Shown one piece after another: positions 35,774-47,803 of a stretch of 64,000 nt of DNA. The notes beneath the pieces are model-generated. The model was not told the DNA's origin and ran no database searches. It saw nothing but the letters and a program-made list of their open reading frames with translations. The DNA is from Macrostomum lignano (Eukaryota): contig NIVC01000788.1 of the NCBI GenBank assembly GCA_002269645.1, forward strand, positions 62,001-126,000, in the 5' to 3' direction. The position numbers and the translations under genes are program-made. The stretch's first letter is position 1. Each line of letters starts with the position of its first letter.

Positions 35774-36219
35774 CATTGTAGGAGATCGATACTGTATTTT
35801 AATGTTTGAAACTCTGCAGTTTTACTACCGCACTGAACGCTCAAGTAACCGAACACATGACGCACATACTCGAATTACGCGAACACGCACTTCTGTACAG
35901 TATTTTATAAAATAATTTTCGTTGTATGCAACAGTTCAACTGTACGCAATCTTAATCTGAATTCTCAGCTCTGTTATACTCTTAAATGTATAATAATAAA
36001 TGAATCTGCCTCTAATCTCGCCAACCACCAGCCAGTCCTGCATGGATCAGGACAGCGTGAACAAGTACATAGGACAAAACGAAAGCGAAATCTATAAAAT
36101 AAAAGACATCATCCCATAATCTCATAACACATTCACCAAAGCATACGACTAGTTCGCATAAATGATATACAGATACAATCAAATAGACGATATAGATAGT
36201 TACGAAGTAACAGTTTACC

Positions 36220-36460
36220 CGTTTAAAAAAACGACAGTCGTACGACAGAGCTTTTACGACAGTCCTCGTCAGCATACGACAGGCGTTTTTACGACAATAC
36301 GACAGTGCCGCATCCCAACTTTCTTGGGTCAACCACCTTGACCCACCTAGATCTTACGACAGAGTACAACAGTATACGACAGTGCCCTACGACAGTGACC
36401 ATACGATAGTACTGTACGACAGTCTACGACAGTGCCATACGACAGTGATGACTGTCGTAT
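36220..36460. repeat. Degenerate short-period repeat (ACGACAG core)
   Basis: cgacag recurs more than 10 times at ~11-20 bp spacing. Confidence 0.6.
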
Positions 36461-37539
36461 AGTTTCTTTCGTATCACTGTCGTGCTTGTCGTGCCACTGT
36501 CGTTTCTGTCGTAAATTCACCATTTTGCCCCAAATCCTTTTTAACCGGGTTATCCCAGCAGAAATAAGGCAAAGCACAGAGCTAAAAAGATATTCCACTT
36601 TCGATTATCAATTCAATGAGAATTTTGATAAAGAAACACTGTCATTGCACACAAATTTATTATTAGCATTATTATCAGCTGGAAACTTAAAACAAATTAA
36701 AATTGAAGCAACGGTAGCCTCAGTAGTTTAAATTTTGAATGTTATTTGGAAAAAAACAAATGCAAAGCAACGAAGAACAGGCGTGCGAAGAGCTACTTGT
36801 ACACCGGATTTGAAAACTAAATTTAACTAGCGACTGATTTTAACTGGTTTGGAGTCAAGCAGAGAAGGTGATGGCTGACCTCTAGCTGTACCGAGTTAGG
36901 CTAACTTAGCCCACTTATCTGTACTGGCAATGAAAGTCTGCAGGCCTGATAAAGAAGCCCCCAGCAAGAGAACTCTTACATTACAAGAAGCGAGGGTGCA
37001 CGCTTTGATGCATTTGGCTATAGATTGCGCAGGTTCAAAGTCTAATCCAGTCCGTAGCACCCGGCCCTGCATTGTATGCGCAAACAAAGATAACAATGGC
37101 CACGGCTATACGAAGGCCAACGTGTTGCTACTCCGGTGAAGTGACATTGATTTCTGAAAATTATAAGCAAGAATAATTAATATTGACAGCATGCAACACA
37201 GGCATAATAAGAGCACCCCCTCCACTAAGCCCGAGATGACACACGATACAAACTGAATCAGAACCAAGTTATGCAATAGCAGACGTAACGGTTGCTATTG
37301 CGTAGTCTGTCACTACTCCTAGTTTTCAAGCTAAGATTTGTGAAACACGCCGTGAGAAGGTTAAATAATCAAATAGAGTTGCGGTATTAGCTGAACCTAA
37401 TGTCAATGATAACATTTGCAGGAAGGCTGCAGGCATCCTGGCGCAACGCGTTCGGCGACATCGTAACACAACCACCGCTGAGGCGATTCTGCCTATACCG
37501 CTGACTCCTGAGTCCTGGCTCCTGACAAGCGCGCTAATA

Positions 37540-37696
37540 CTGTACGCAGGCACACAGGGTGTACAGCGTGGGTGTGAATGGGTGTGAATCGCAGACACCC
37601 CCAGCCAATTTTCGTGCGCAAGTGTTTGCGCACGGAATCGAACCAGGGTCGTGGCGCGCGAGTCGGACGCGTTTACCGCTGAGCTGCTCTAGCCCC
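37540..37696 (-). mobile_element. tRNA-derived SINE-like fragment
   Basis: Minus strand reads GGGGCTAGAGCAGCTCAGCGG (A-box-like)...GGTTCGATTCC (B-box). The anticodon and acceptor stems do not pair, so this is not an intact tRNA. 3' boundary approximate. Confidence 0.55.
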
Positions 37697-38379
37697 TAAG
37701 CCGAACCTATACTCAGCAACGTTAAAAAAGTCGCCACTCTATGCGCCAGTGAGCAATTTCTGTTATGCTATTATGAAATAAAAGATACGAGAAAACTGAT
37801 CGGGGTAATCCTTCCAATCCTCTCACACCGCTTCCCCTACTGCATTCCTCAACTCAAGTCTTCCGCGGCGTAGCTAAATTGCGTCACTCGCAAAGATTGA
37901 GAGACTTTACTTCTCAGAAGTGGCGACCACAGACGGAATCTTCTGTGATGGTGACTTTTCGATGTTGCTGAGTATACTTGAGTTAAAAAACACCAGTCTA
38001 ATCCAAACCAAACTACACTAAACCAGCACATTTGTGCTCACCTTCCTCCTGTCCATCTTCGCCCGGCTTAACTAGACGCAGACAGGGACCGCCCAGAGTC
38101 AGCAATCTGGGCACAGCGGATTTGCTAAAGTCCAATCGCAACATTAAATACGGCCGAGCTGGCAGTCCTGAGCCGACGGAACCGAAGCCGATCGACGCGA
38201 CGCGGATTTGCAGGCCACCTCAAGAGTGCTCAAAGCGCCAATAGTGATGCGCTGCCTGCGAGGGTGCAAGGGGAATCGAACTCTGCTGCTAGGAGGTTTC
38301 TATGAGGATTTGAACATTTCGCGATCAAGATGAATGACAGACCCGTGGATAAAAGATTCTAGAATTACTCGTAAACATC

Positions 38380-38795
38380 TAGGATGTTGAAGCTTATTGG
38401 TTAAGGACATGCAGAAATGTTAGCAAAGGTTAGGACATGTAGGGATGCTAGTGAAGCTTATTGGTTAGGAAAATGCAGGGATGTTAGAGAAGCTTATTGG
38501 TCAGGGACATGTAGGGATGTTAGTGAAGCTTATTGGTCAGGGACATGTAGGGATGTTAGTGAAGCTTATTGCAGGGACATGTAGGGATGTTAGTGAAGCT
38601 TATTGGTCAGGGACATGTAGGGATGTTAGTGAAGCTTATTGGTTAGGACACATGTAGGGATGTTAGTGAAGCTTATTGGTCAGGGACATGTAGGGATGTT
38701 AGTGAAGCTTATTGGTTAGGGACATGTAGGGATGTTAGTGAAGCTTATTGGTCAGGGACATGTAGGGATGTTAGTGAAGCTTATTGGTTAAGGAC
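38380..38795. repeat. 36-bp minisatellite (GGGACATGTAGGGATGTTAGTGAAGCTTATTGGTCA), ~11 copies
   Basis: Tandem units visible. Confidence 0.93.
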
Positions 38796-38843
38796 ACGGA
38801 GGGATGGAAGAATATTGCGTAGGCAGATGTACGGATCAAATAC

Positions 38844-40039
38844 TTGGAATGGATTCCGCAAGCGGCGGCTACAGCTAACGCACCGGACAGACAGGGCGGC
38901 TCGCTAGCCGAGTGCAGCTCGGTGGCCAGCCTGGCTAGACCGTACAGCCGGCGCCAATGGACCTGTTCAATTGCCCAGGCTGACAGCATGCCGCTGAGGC
39001 GGTCCTTGCGCAGCCTAGCCAGGGCGTCAATCTGCATGGCCACGTCAGTGACGTGCTGCCTGGCGATCTCCGTCGCCCGTTTGAACGCCAGCCGATTGTC
39101 GGACACGATTTGCTCGGCGCTGCACTTTAAACGACGTTGCGACTCGGCCAGTCGGTCTCGACTCTCGGCCAGCTGGATAGAGCGCTTGCGCAGAGCGGCC
39201 GATCTGGCTGACATGTTCGTCAGGCAGTTGGACAGTGTCCCGGCCAGTTTTCGACTTTCTTTGTCGACAGTGCGGACAGGAACCCAAGCGGAAGCACTCC
39301 TGGCTGCAAAGCGGCTTGCTGGCAGCTGACGCACAGCAGGATAACTGACCAGTTCGGGTGCAGGCTGCAGGCCAGCTGCGGGGGCCGCGGATCTGGCAAG
39401 TGCTGCACCTGGCCGTTGCAGTTCTGCGGGATTGGGCGCGGGGAGAGATGGTTTTGTAACTGGGCCTACTCACACACTCTATAGTTTTACTTTCGCTAAA
39501 GTCTTTAGCAAGGTTTGATCAATAGGTAGCTTTTTGGCGGCTTGGGTATCCAGATTCCAGAAGGATGATTCTGGATACCTGGTTGAGGTTCAATTCTCGA
39601 CAAGAGCTAATAGGACTTTGATGGGCGCATTAAGGTCACAAAAATACAGGTACACTCAATCGCGCACATCGTAGACGTGAGCGGCCAGCCGATTGCGGCA
39701 CATGCGCAGATTGCACTTGTCACAATAGGCCACAACAGGGAAGCGCTGATCGTTGGGCTGGTGCACTCTGTGGCAGGACTTGCAGGAGCAGAGGCTGTCA
39801 GCAGGCAGCGGGGTGAGCATTACGGCTGGATTGTCAAGCAGACGGCGCTCACCAGACCGCAGTCAGGCTTGGACAGATCCACTCAGTGGTAGCGGCACCG
39901 CTGAGCAACAGGTTTTGCACACAGGGTGCAGACAGGTGTGCAGCAGGTGCGCCGCTTGCTGATTGGTGCAGCCACGTTTGCAGCAGCTGCGATAGGCGTC
40001 CAGACGGTTTGCGTTAGCTGCAGGTTGAGCACTGCTCAT
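38844..40039 (-). pseudogene. TRIM-like gene (RING - B-box1 - B-box2 - coiled coil) with an in-frame stop and frameshifts
   Basis: RING-like CKRGC...LHTCLHPVCKTC (40039-39870); TGA at 39865-39863; B-box1 CKSC...YCDKCNLRMC..AAH; B-box2 CSLH...LLCVSCQQ then CSQEC in another frame; coiled-coil in a third frame to a donor at 38844. Further exons probably lie at ~38030-38260 and below. Confidence 0.65.
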
Positions 40040-41524
40040 ACCGGCTTTGAGCTCTGAAAAAAGACCAACGGTATAAACGAGCTTAAATAGACTGGGTTTA
40101 GAATTGGAATTCAGCACTGACTTCTAAGCAGTCACAGTGTTGATATTAAGGTGAAAAAACTTTTTATATAACGTTTCAATAGAATGAAAGTCAAAGATAT
40201 CTGAGTATCTGATAAATTGGCACTTCAGGAGAGGTTTAAATAGATATAGTAAAGAGCTGCATTAAGCACCAACTCGTGACAAAAATACGAGTGTATCAAG
40301 ATTTACTATACTCGCTACTGTATGCAAACCTATAGCAGTAATACACTCATAATATCAGCGTTAAAATAGTTTTTTTCTAAAAATTCAACTCGTCTTCTAC
40401 CGTACTAAACTGTTAATTAGTATAACAGCATACAAACTTCACACCGAGGGTAAATGAAAATCAAAATGACAGTCGACAATAGCCCACTAGCCAGTTGGAT
40501 TGTGAAGAAAATGCACTACTAATCATACTAAGAGTAGTAGTTAATGATTTCCCCAGCTACTGCCTATACCATCTACACCAAATTGCCAAACATAAAGCCT
40601 ATGGCTGGGCTTCCAGATCTGATCCTGAGCAGAAAATTGCAGACAACAGTGGCGCAGAGTGCAGAGCCTCTCCTAAAGGCCCAAGATGATGATTATCAGC
40701 AGTTTATACTAATATATCTGTCCATTTGAGAGCATCTGAGAAAATATAACTAGATGCAAGCAAGCTTGCCTTGGAGTGGAATTGAATAGCTAGGATCTGG
40801 AAGCTTGGCTGGCATGACTATATAATTACTATACTGCTTATCACAGTCAGACTTTGCAGGCTATAGCCCAGAGTTATTAAGCATATAGTGGTATAGGCTT
40901 ATGGCCTAGTCCTAAGCTACTACTTGTAAGTACTATATTATATGAATTATAAGTGGGTCTCTTCAATTGATATTAATCTGTGAGTTGTTGATAAAATTAA
41001 AGATAGTATAGAGCTAGATTATATACTAATATATTATTTGATTTATATGTATGTAGCTATATATATAACCTATGCATTTATCATAAAGTATAGAAAAGGC
41101 TCTAGGTCCTTTGAAACTTCACAATGGCAATCTAGCTTACTGAGTATTTGTATTCTTTCTAATCTTTTATCTTGACTCTTTTTTTAGATTAATTAATAAA
41201 ATTTAAATAATCAGTTTTGACTTAAGTTCATACCATAAGATATTTAGTTTTTTATAGGAAAAAACGAGGCCAACTAATTGTAAATTCAAACTGCAAAATA
41301 TAAACTATTTTATTATAGTATAAATAATAGTATACCTTACTTTATCTATATATTCTTATTCTATTAGAAAATATATCTTTGGTAGGGGTATTGCCAACAG
41401 GGGGACAGGGGGGGCATATCCCCTCTAGTAAAAGATATGGGAGAGACATACTAATGCTTTGTCCCTCCCACTCCCACCTAGTGGCCCATTGTGAAATCAA
41501 TAATTTTTTGCTGCATGGCAATAA

Positions 41525-41660
41525 AATAGCACCTGCAATACTAAAATGAGTGTTTGCGGCACTAAAATTAGTGCCTGTGGCATTAAAATAATGCTTGTGG
41601 TACTAAAAGAAGTGCATGTGGCACTAAAATGAGTGCTTATAGTGATAAAATAAGTGCTAA
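41525..41660. repeat. Old, degenerate copy of the 21-bp array family (~6 units) inside a decayed MITE-like sequence
   Basis: Units such as GGCACTAAAATGAGTGCTT match array A; a G-rich GGGGGACAGGGGGGG subterminal tract lies upstream at ~41400. Confidence 0.7.
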
Positions 41661-43629
41661 CAATACCACTTCTAAAAATAATATGCGTATAGGAATTTTG
41701 TCATGTATATATACATGTAGAATTCTTGACTTTGTCTCCTCCTACTCCTACCATAAAATCCATAGTGATGCGCCTGATCTTTAGAGATAATATATTATAT
41801 TCCTAGGCTAACATATCATAAGGCCTATATCTTATATGTTTAAAACCTTTTTATATTTTATCTAGTCAATATATTTTTCTGATAAAAATGCTAAATAGGC
41901 CCTAGTTATACTTAGAATCATTTTTGTATGTATTTATATGTTTTATTTTATTTATTGAGTGTTTTTTCTTGTATATTACATTATAACTTATTATGCTTAA
42001 TTGAATAGGCCTAGTTTTATGATATACTTGCCTTGGCTATTTTGTCACTTGACTAAATTAACTAAGTTAGATATATTGTATATGTATGAATATAGGCCCT
42101 AATAATAATTGCAAGGCTAAAGTAATACAATATTATATATTTTGATAGGCCCTATATTTTTTGGATATTTAAATAGTTCTATGCGTATATGTCGTATGAC
42201 TATAGCTTATAAAAGTGGAATATAAGGCCTATAAGCTAGAAGTTTTTGAGTTATTATTATATTATATAGGCCTATACGTATACTACTATAATAGTCTATG
42301 TTAAGTCCAATATTCAATATATGTGGCACATGACCCAGAGTTGCATTAATTGTTAGTTGTTAAAACTAAAAGTAAGTCGCATGGCCGACCAAATTTTGGA
42401 GGTTGCACATGTATGATAGCATTACTACTAGCAATGGTTCCTTGATAAACTAATAGTGATAAATTTGATAGATGCAATGATAGGGAATAAATTGGCACAA
42501 ACACAGAAAAATATTAAAGTTTTGTATTATGTGTAATTAGTTTCAAATCTATTATAGCCTGCCTGAGCCTCCTATCAGTGTTTATAAATATTAATATGAT
42601 TGATTAAACATATTAGTTAATATTACAATAGCTATTTCCCTATTAAGTTGATAATTAATGGTATAGAGAGAAAGAGTAAATATAGGGCCTAACAGAGATT
42701 CAATGCTGTGGCCATCTTCGTGTGTGCTGTGTGGCCTTGCCTGAAGTGGAAAGGCAGCTTTGCAATGTAGAAAGGGGGAAAACAGAGGGCAGAATCGTTT
42801 TTTCTGAAGCAGCTGAGTACATCTCCAGGAGCCTATCACTTATCAGTATCACTTAAGCCTATCGATTTCATAGCTGGCCAGGCCTATCGCTAGGGTAGGG
42901 CGTAAGGCGTATGAAAATTATAAAAGTCACGCTTTACGATCTTTCTTTCCAGGAAAATATTGTATTCAAACCAGTAAATTGTTTTTATTTAGGCAAAAAT
43001 GGACATTGAGCAATATTTGACGAGCTCACAGTAATTTTCATATAGATCAAGACCACTGACAACGCTTCTGATTGCCAAACCAAGGAGTTCTATAATTAGA
43101 ATCTGGAGTGGAAGCAAAGAAAGAGTAGTCAAAAATATTTTACCACTGAGGCAGACATGCATGTGTCAGACGAGATGTGCACGGAAGGTCATGATGCGAA
43201 AGAAGGAATCGTCAGTGCATTTTTCAACTGCATGATGAAAAATCTGGTCAAAGACATTTCGGTTGGTGGAGCTGGGGCTCGAAATAAGCGAAAGTCGGCT
43301 AAACTTTCTAGTGCTAGCTCAAATGCTAAGTGCAGTGCTAGTAACTTTGTTTTGTGTCGATGACAAGTAATACAACTTCTCTCTGAGATGCCACTGCTCT
43401 GACAAATCTAACCTGCTCACTTCCGTTTTGTGTACATTTTGTATACACGTTCTACGTTTTCATTTTATACTCGTTTTTCGTTTTTATTTGAATAAAAAAC
43501 ACTAGCCAGCAAAAATTCCGTCGCTTCATTTCTCAGTTTGACAGATTCCACAGAAAGCAAAAGTCATAAAAATCAATAAGAAAAACTGGCCACTTGAGGT
43601 AACGGGTATTTCTTCGCTTCCACGAAAGA

Positions 43630-46600
43630 GGGTTGGCCTCTTCTATCTCTCTGTCATTCTATATAGGCGTACATTCAACTCTCCAACCATGCACGCGCCA
43701 ACCCCCCATTGACTAATATTTAAATACACGCATTGGCATTCACTCGTATTAGGACTTTGCTATCGGTATCGATCCAACAAACTCACACGCCTTGTCAGGG
43801 TTCCTACAGTGGCGTCGCAAGCAGGATACGAACCTTCGCGGGGAAACCCCATTGGATTTCCAATCCAACGCCAAACCTCGACGCTAGCATCGGCGAAGAC
43901 GTTTTTGGCCTTGCAAAGACAGCAGCTACCCAGCAGACGTCTCGTTAACTGTCGAAATCGGAGACTGTAAGCTACCGATGATGGTGGACAGCGGAGCCAG
44001 CTGCAGTATCATGAACATCAACACATTCCGACAGCTGGGCGATCAGCGAATTCGAACCACCAAGGTAAAAGTTCATGCATAATGGAACGCCCGAACCTCT
44101 CAAAATCATCGGTACTGCGAGCTTAGGCATCAAAATAGGTACCGCTAGCGCAACTGTGCCCTTCCACGTTCTCGACGACGACGGTCTAACGATACTCGGA
44201 CGCCAAGCTGCCTTTGAGCTAGGAATCCTGCATATCCAGCTGCCAATTCTCAGCCAGACAGAAGATGTCAACTCCAACGTCAAAGCTGCCGAGGGGTGTG
44301 AAAGCCAGAACATTCAGGACATCTTGCATCAGCACAAAAAGTATTTGACGGAATTGGATGCATCAAAGGCGTGCAGGTCGAAGTTCAGCTGTCAGACAAC
44401 GCGGCCCCGGTGTGTCATCCGCCAGCCCGAGTTGCAGCGCATCTCCGAGAATCTGTCATCAAGGAGCTGAAAGACTTAGAAAGGCAAGATATCATCGAGC
44501 CAGTAAAAGGACCCTGCGCGTGGGTGGCCCGCATGGTAGTAGTTTCAAAGGACGATGGCGGAGTCCGAATCTGCCAGGACCTGCGCAACCTAAACGCCTA
44601 TGTCATCTCTGAAAAGCAACAAATACCGACATTGGACGAGTTTACCGAGGAGATGTCCGGAGCCTAGCTGTTCAGCGAGCTAGATATTCGTAAAGCCTTC
44701 TACCAGATCTCAGTGCACGAGAACAGCCGACACCTTTTCACATTCAGCACGCCACTCGGACTAATGCGTCTCAAAAGACTGAGTTTACGAATGCATCAGA
44801 AATCCTACAAAGAGTCATGCTCGGCGTGCTCAGCGGAATCGATGGTGTTCGTTGGGTCCACGACGACGTCATCGTATACGCTTCGGATTTGCAAGAGTAC
44901 TGCAAAAGACTCGAAGCCTGTCTGCAGCGTTTTGAAGAATTCGGCATTACGCTAAATAAAGAAAAGTGCAAATTCGCCGTCCCCGCTGTCAAGTTCCTGG
45001 GAATGCGCCTATCTGCAAAAGGAGTGCAGTCTGCTAATGAGAAGATCGAAGCTATGAAGCACTTCAGACAGCCGACCAACGTATCCGAAGTTCGCTCGTT
45101 ACTAGGCACAGCAAACTTTCTGGCAAAATTCATACCTAACTTCGCTGATGTCTCCGCACCGCTGCGCAGATTAACAAAGAAAGGGGAGACATTCGAGTGG
45201 TCTGCCAGCCACTCAAAAGCCTTCGAAGAGATCAAATCGATCATCTGTAAGGAAGAAACTCTTGCCTTTTTCGACCGCAAACACCAACACAGAGCTTGTA
45301 GTTGACGCATCGCCAATCGGACTTGGTGCGATTCTGACACAAAAGCAGACGGACGGAATCTGCAGACCAGTGGCTTACGCCAGCAGAGCGCTGTCACAAG
45401 TTGAGCAGCGGTACGCCCAGATTGAGCGGGAGGCGCTGGCTATCAAATTTGGCTGCTTGAAGTTCGAAAACTACCTGGCTGGTGATCCAAGTTTTACAGT
45501 GGTGACCGACCACCGACCGCTCCTGCCACTCTTCAGACCGGGTTCCCGCCCGCCACCACGGATTGAACGCATGGTTCTTCGGATTCAACACCTCCGCTTC
45601 AACTTGGTGTACAGACCGGGGCCGTCCAACCCAGCTGATCTACTAAGCCGCCAACCGCTTCCAGAGCTCAGGAAAAACTGGGGAGAGGTCTTCGAGACCG
45701 CATACGTCAACGCGTATCAACAGGAGCCGTGCCAAAAGGTTTCAGTGCGGAACAAATCCGAGACGCAGCAAAGACAGACTCAGGAATTCAAGCCGCGCTG
45801 AGCGCCATCAAGACAGGAAACTGGAGCACACACGATTCGGTACAACGCGCACTAAAAGCCATCAGCAGCGAGCTGACAGAAGACAATGGAATGCTACTTC
45901 GAGGAGACCTAATTGTCGTCCCAGAGTCACTACGGAGACCAATTTTGCAATTGGCCCACACCGGACATCTTGGTGCCGATCGAACACTCAAGTGTCTGCA
46001 GACCAAAGTCTGGTGGCCAGGGATGCGCAGCGATTGTGATGTCTTCGTGAAATGCTACATTCCTTGTCAAGCGTCGGACACTCTTACCAATCAGACACCT
46101 TTGAGACCGACAAAGTTACCCGAGGGTCCCTGGCAGCAACTTGGAATGGACTTCTTCGGACCTGTTCAAGGCCAAATGCTTCTAATCACCACGGGCCTGT
46201 ATTCTAAATACCCGGAGATCAACATTTTGAGCTCGACAAAAGCAGAGAGTGTAAAACCGCATCTGAGGAGACTTTTCAGCAGGCACGGCGTTCCAGTCGA
46301 AGTCGTGACAGACAACGGGCCTCCTTTCAGTTCGGCCGATTTTCGTAGCTTTCTAGCCGACTTCGGAGTCCATCATCGCCTCATCTGCCTGCTGCATCCG
46401 GAGTCCAATGGGGCCACCGAGCGCCTCAATCGAAGCATCGGCAAAGCAGTGAAAACCGCAGTTTCTGAAGGTCGCAATTGGAGAGAAGCCATCGAAGACT
46501 GGCTGCTGGCTATCCGCACGACACTACACAGGGCTACCGGACGCACTCCTGCAGAGCTTCTAATGGGCAGAAAAATCAACGACGGAATCCCGACTAGCAA

Positions 46601-47402
46601 ACCGTTCGTTCCAACAGCCGGTGAGGTCCACGACACTGTTAGAGCCTGGAATCGCAAGTATGCCGACAGCATGAAGCAGCAATTTGACACGCGCAACGCA
46701 GTGAAGGATCACAGCATTCAACCCGGCAGCCAACAACAGACGCGAAACAAACTGTAACTGGCTTACGAGCCTCTGCCATGGATGGTAAAGGAAGTTCGAG
46801 GAGACACCTGCATCTTAGAGCGAGGGCGACAGTCATGCATGCGCCATGTAACACACCTGCGACCTATCAGCCAACCTGCCTCTGCCGGCCAGCCTGCCTC
46901 TGCCGGCCAGCCTGTGTCTGCCGGCCAGCCCGCCGGCCAGAGGGATTTCCTAGCCTTCAGGAGGCATCAACGTGAGGCTAAAGAGGGGCCGAAAATTTAT
47001 AAATGACAAACGCTGTTTGAATCACAAACTGAACTGACAACAACAATATTATTTTTATTCCCGTCAACTGATTTACTGACAATAACAATATTTTTTTATT
47101 TCCGTCAGCTGTTTTTTTATTCCTCATCACTTTTTCCTTAGGGGGGAAGAATTGTAGTCTTGCGCCTTAGCAGTTCTCAGTGTTGTATATACTATAGCTA
47201 TTGAGTATTTGTGTGCATTACGGGGTTGGCCTCTTTCTATCTCTGTCATTCTATATCGGCGTACATTCAACTTTCTAACCATGCACGCGCCAACCCCCCA
47301 TTGAGTAATATTTAAATACACGCATTGGCATTGACTCGTAATTAGGACTTTGCTATCGGTATCGATCCAAACAAACTCATACAGCTTGTCAGAGTTCCTA
47401 CA
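43630..47402 (+). mobile_element. Ty3/Gypsy LTR retrotransposon, degenerate, gag deleted
   Basis: 5' LTR remnant 43630-43808 and full 3' LTR 47153-47402 (TG...CA). PBS TGGCGTCGCAAGCAGGAT at ~43810; PPT AGGGGGGAAGAA at ~47140. Domain order PR-RT-RH-IN. Confidence 0.95.
43975..46757 (+). pseudogene. Disrupted pol polyprotein (protease, RT, RNase H, integrase)
   Basis: VDSGASCS at 43984; DLRNLNAY; VHDDVIVY; VDASPIGLGAIL / EREALA / TDHRPL; HTGHLG...CIPC; DFFGP, TDNGPPF, ESNGATER. Split across several frames, with a TAG at 44665-44667. Confidence 0.92.
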
Positions 47403-47803
47403 CTCTCCTCTCCCTTTTCCACTCCATTCTCTTCTCCCTTCCCTTCTCTCTCCTCTCCTTCCCTCCTCTCTCTTCTATTTTGTCTCCCCTATCCTCATTC
47501 ATCTCCCCTAGCTCTCCTCTCTCCTCTCCTATTTCATCTCTCGTCCCGTCTACTCTCTTTTCCTGTATTCCTTCGCCTTCCTTTCTCCTAAGCTCTTTTT
47601 TCTCTTCTCTACTCCCTCTCCTCTCTCTCCCTCTTCTGGCCCGCAGTCATCAGGGACTCCTGGGCCCGCAGTCATCAGGGACTCCTGGGCCCGCAGTCAT
47701 CAGGGACTCCTGGGCCCGCTTCGCTTAGGGGGCCCCGAAGGGCAATCATGCGCTAGCTAGGTTCTCAATCTGGCCCTTTAAGGTAAAAAGTTTGCCGACC
47801 TCT
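47403..47803. mobile_element. Right part of a hAT (Charlie-like) MITE adjoining the 3' LTR
   Basis: CT-rich tract, three copies of GGGCCCGCAGTCATCAGGGACTCCT, then CAATCATGCGCTAG...AAAAAGTTTGCCGACCTCTG (reverse complement CAGAGGTCGGCAAAC). Confidence 0.6.

Noticed and set aside
39863-39865. Selenocysteine or programmed read-through at the in-frame TGA of the TRIM-like gene
   Set aside because: Independent frameshifts in the next exon cannot be fixed by read-through, and I identified no SECIS; decay or indel error is simpler.
40540-43363. Exon-like plus-strand blocks at ~40550-40700 and ~43157-43363
   Set aside because: No family motif and no phase-consistent chain could be built.
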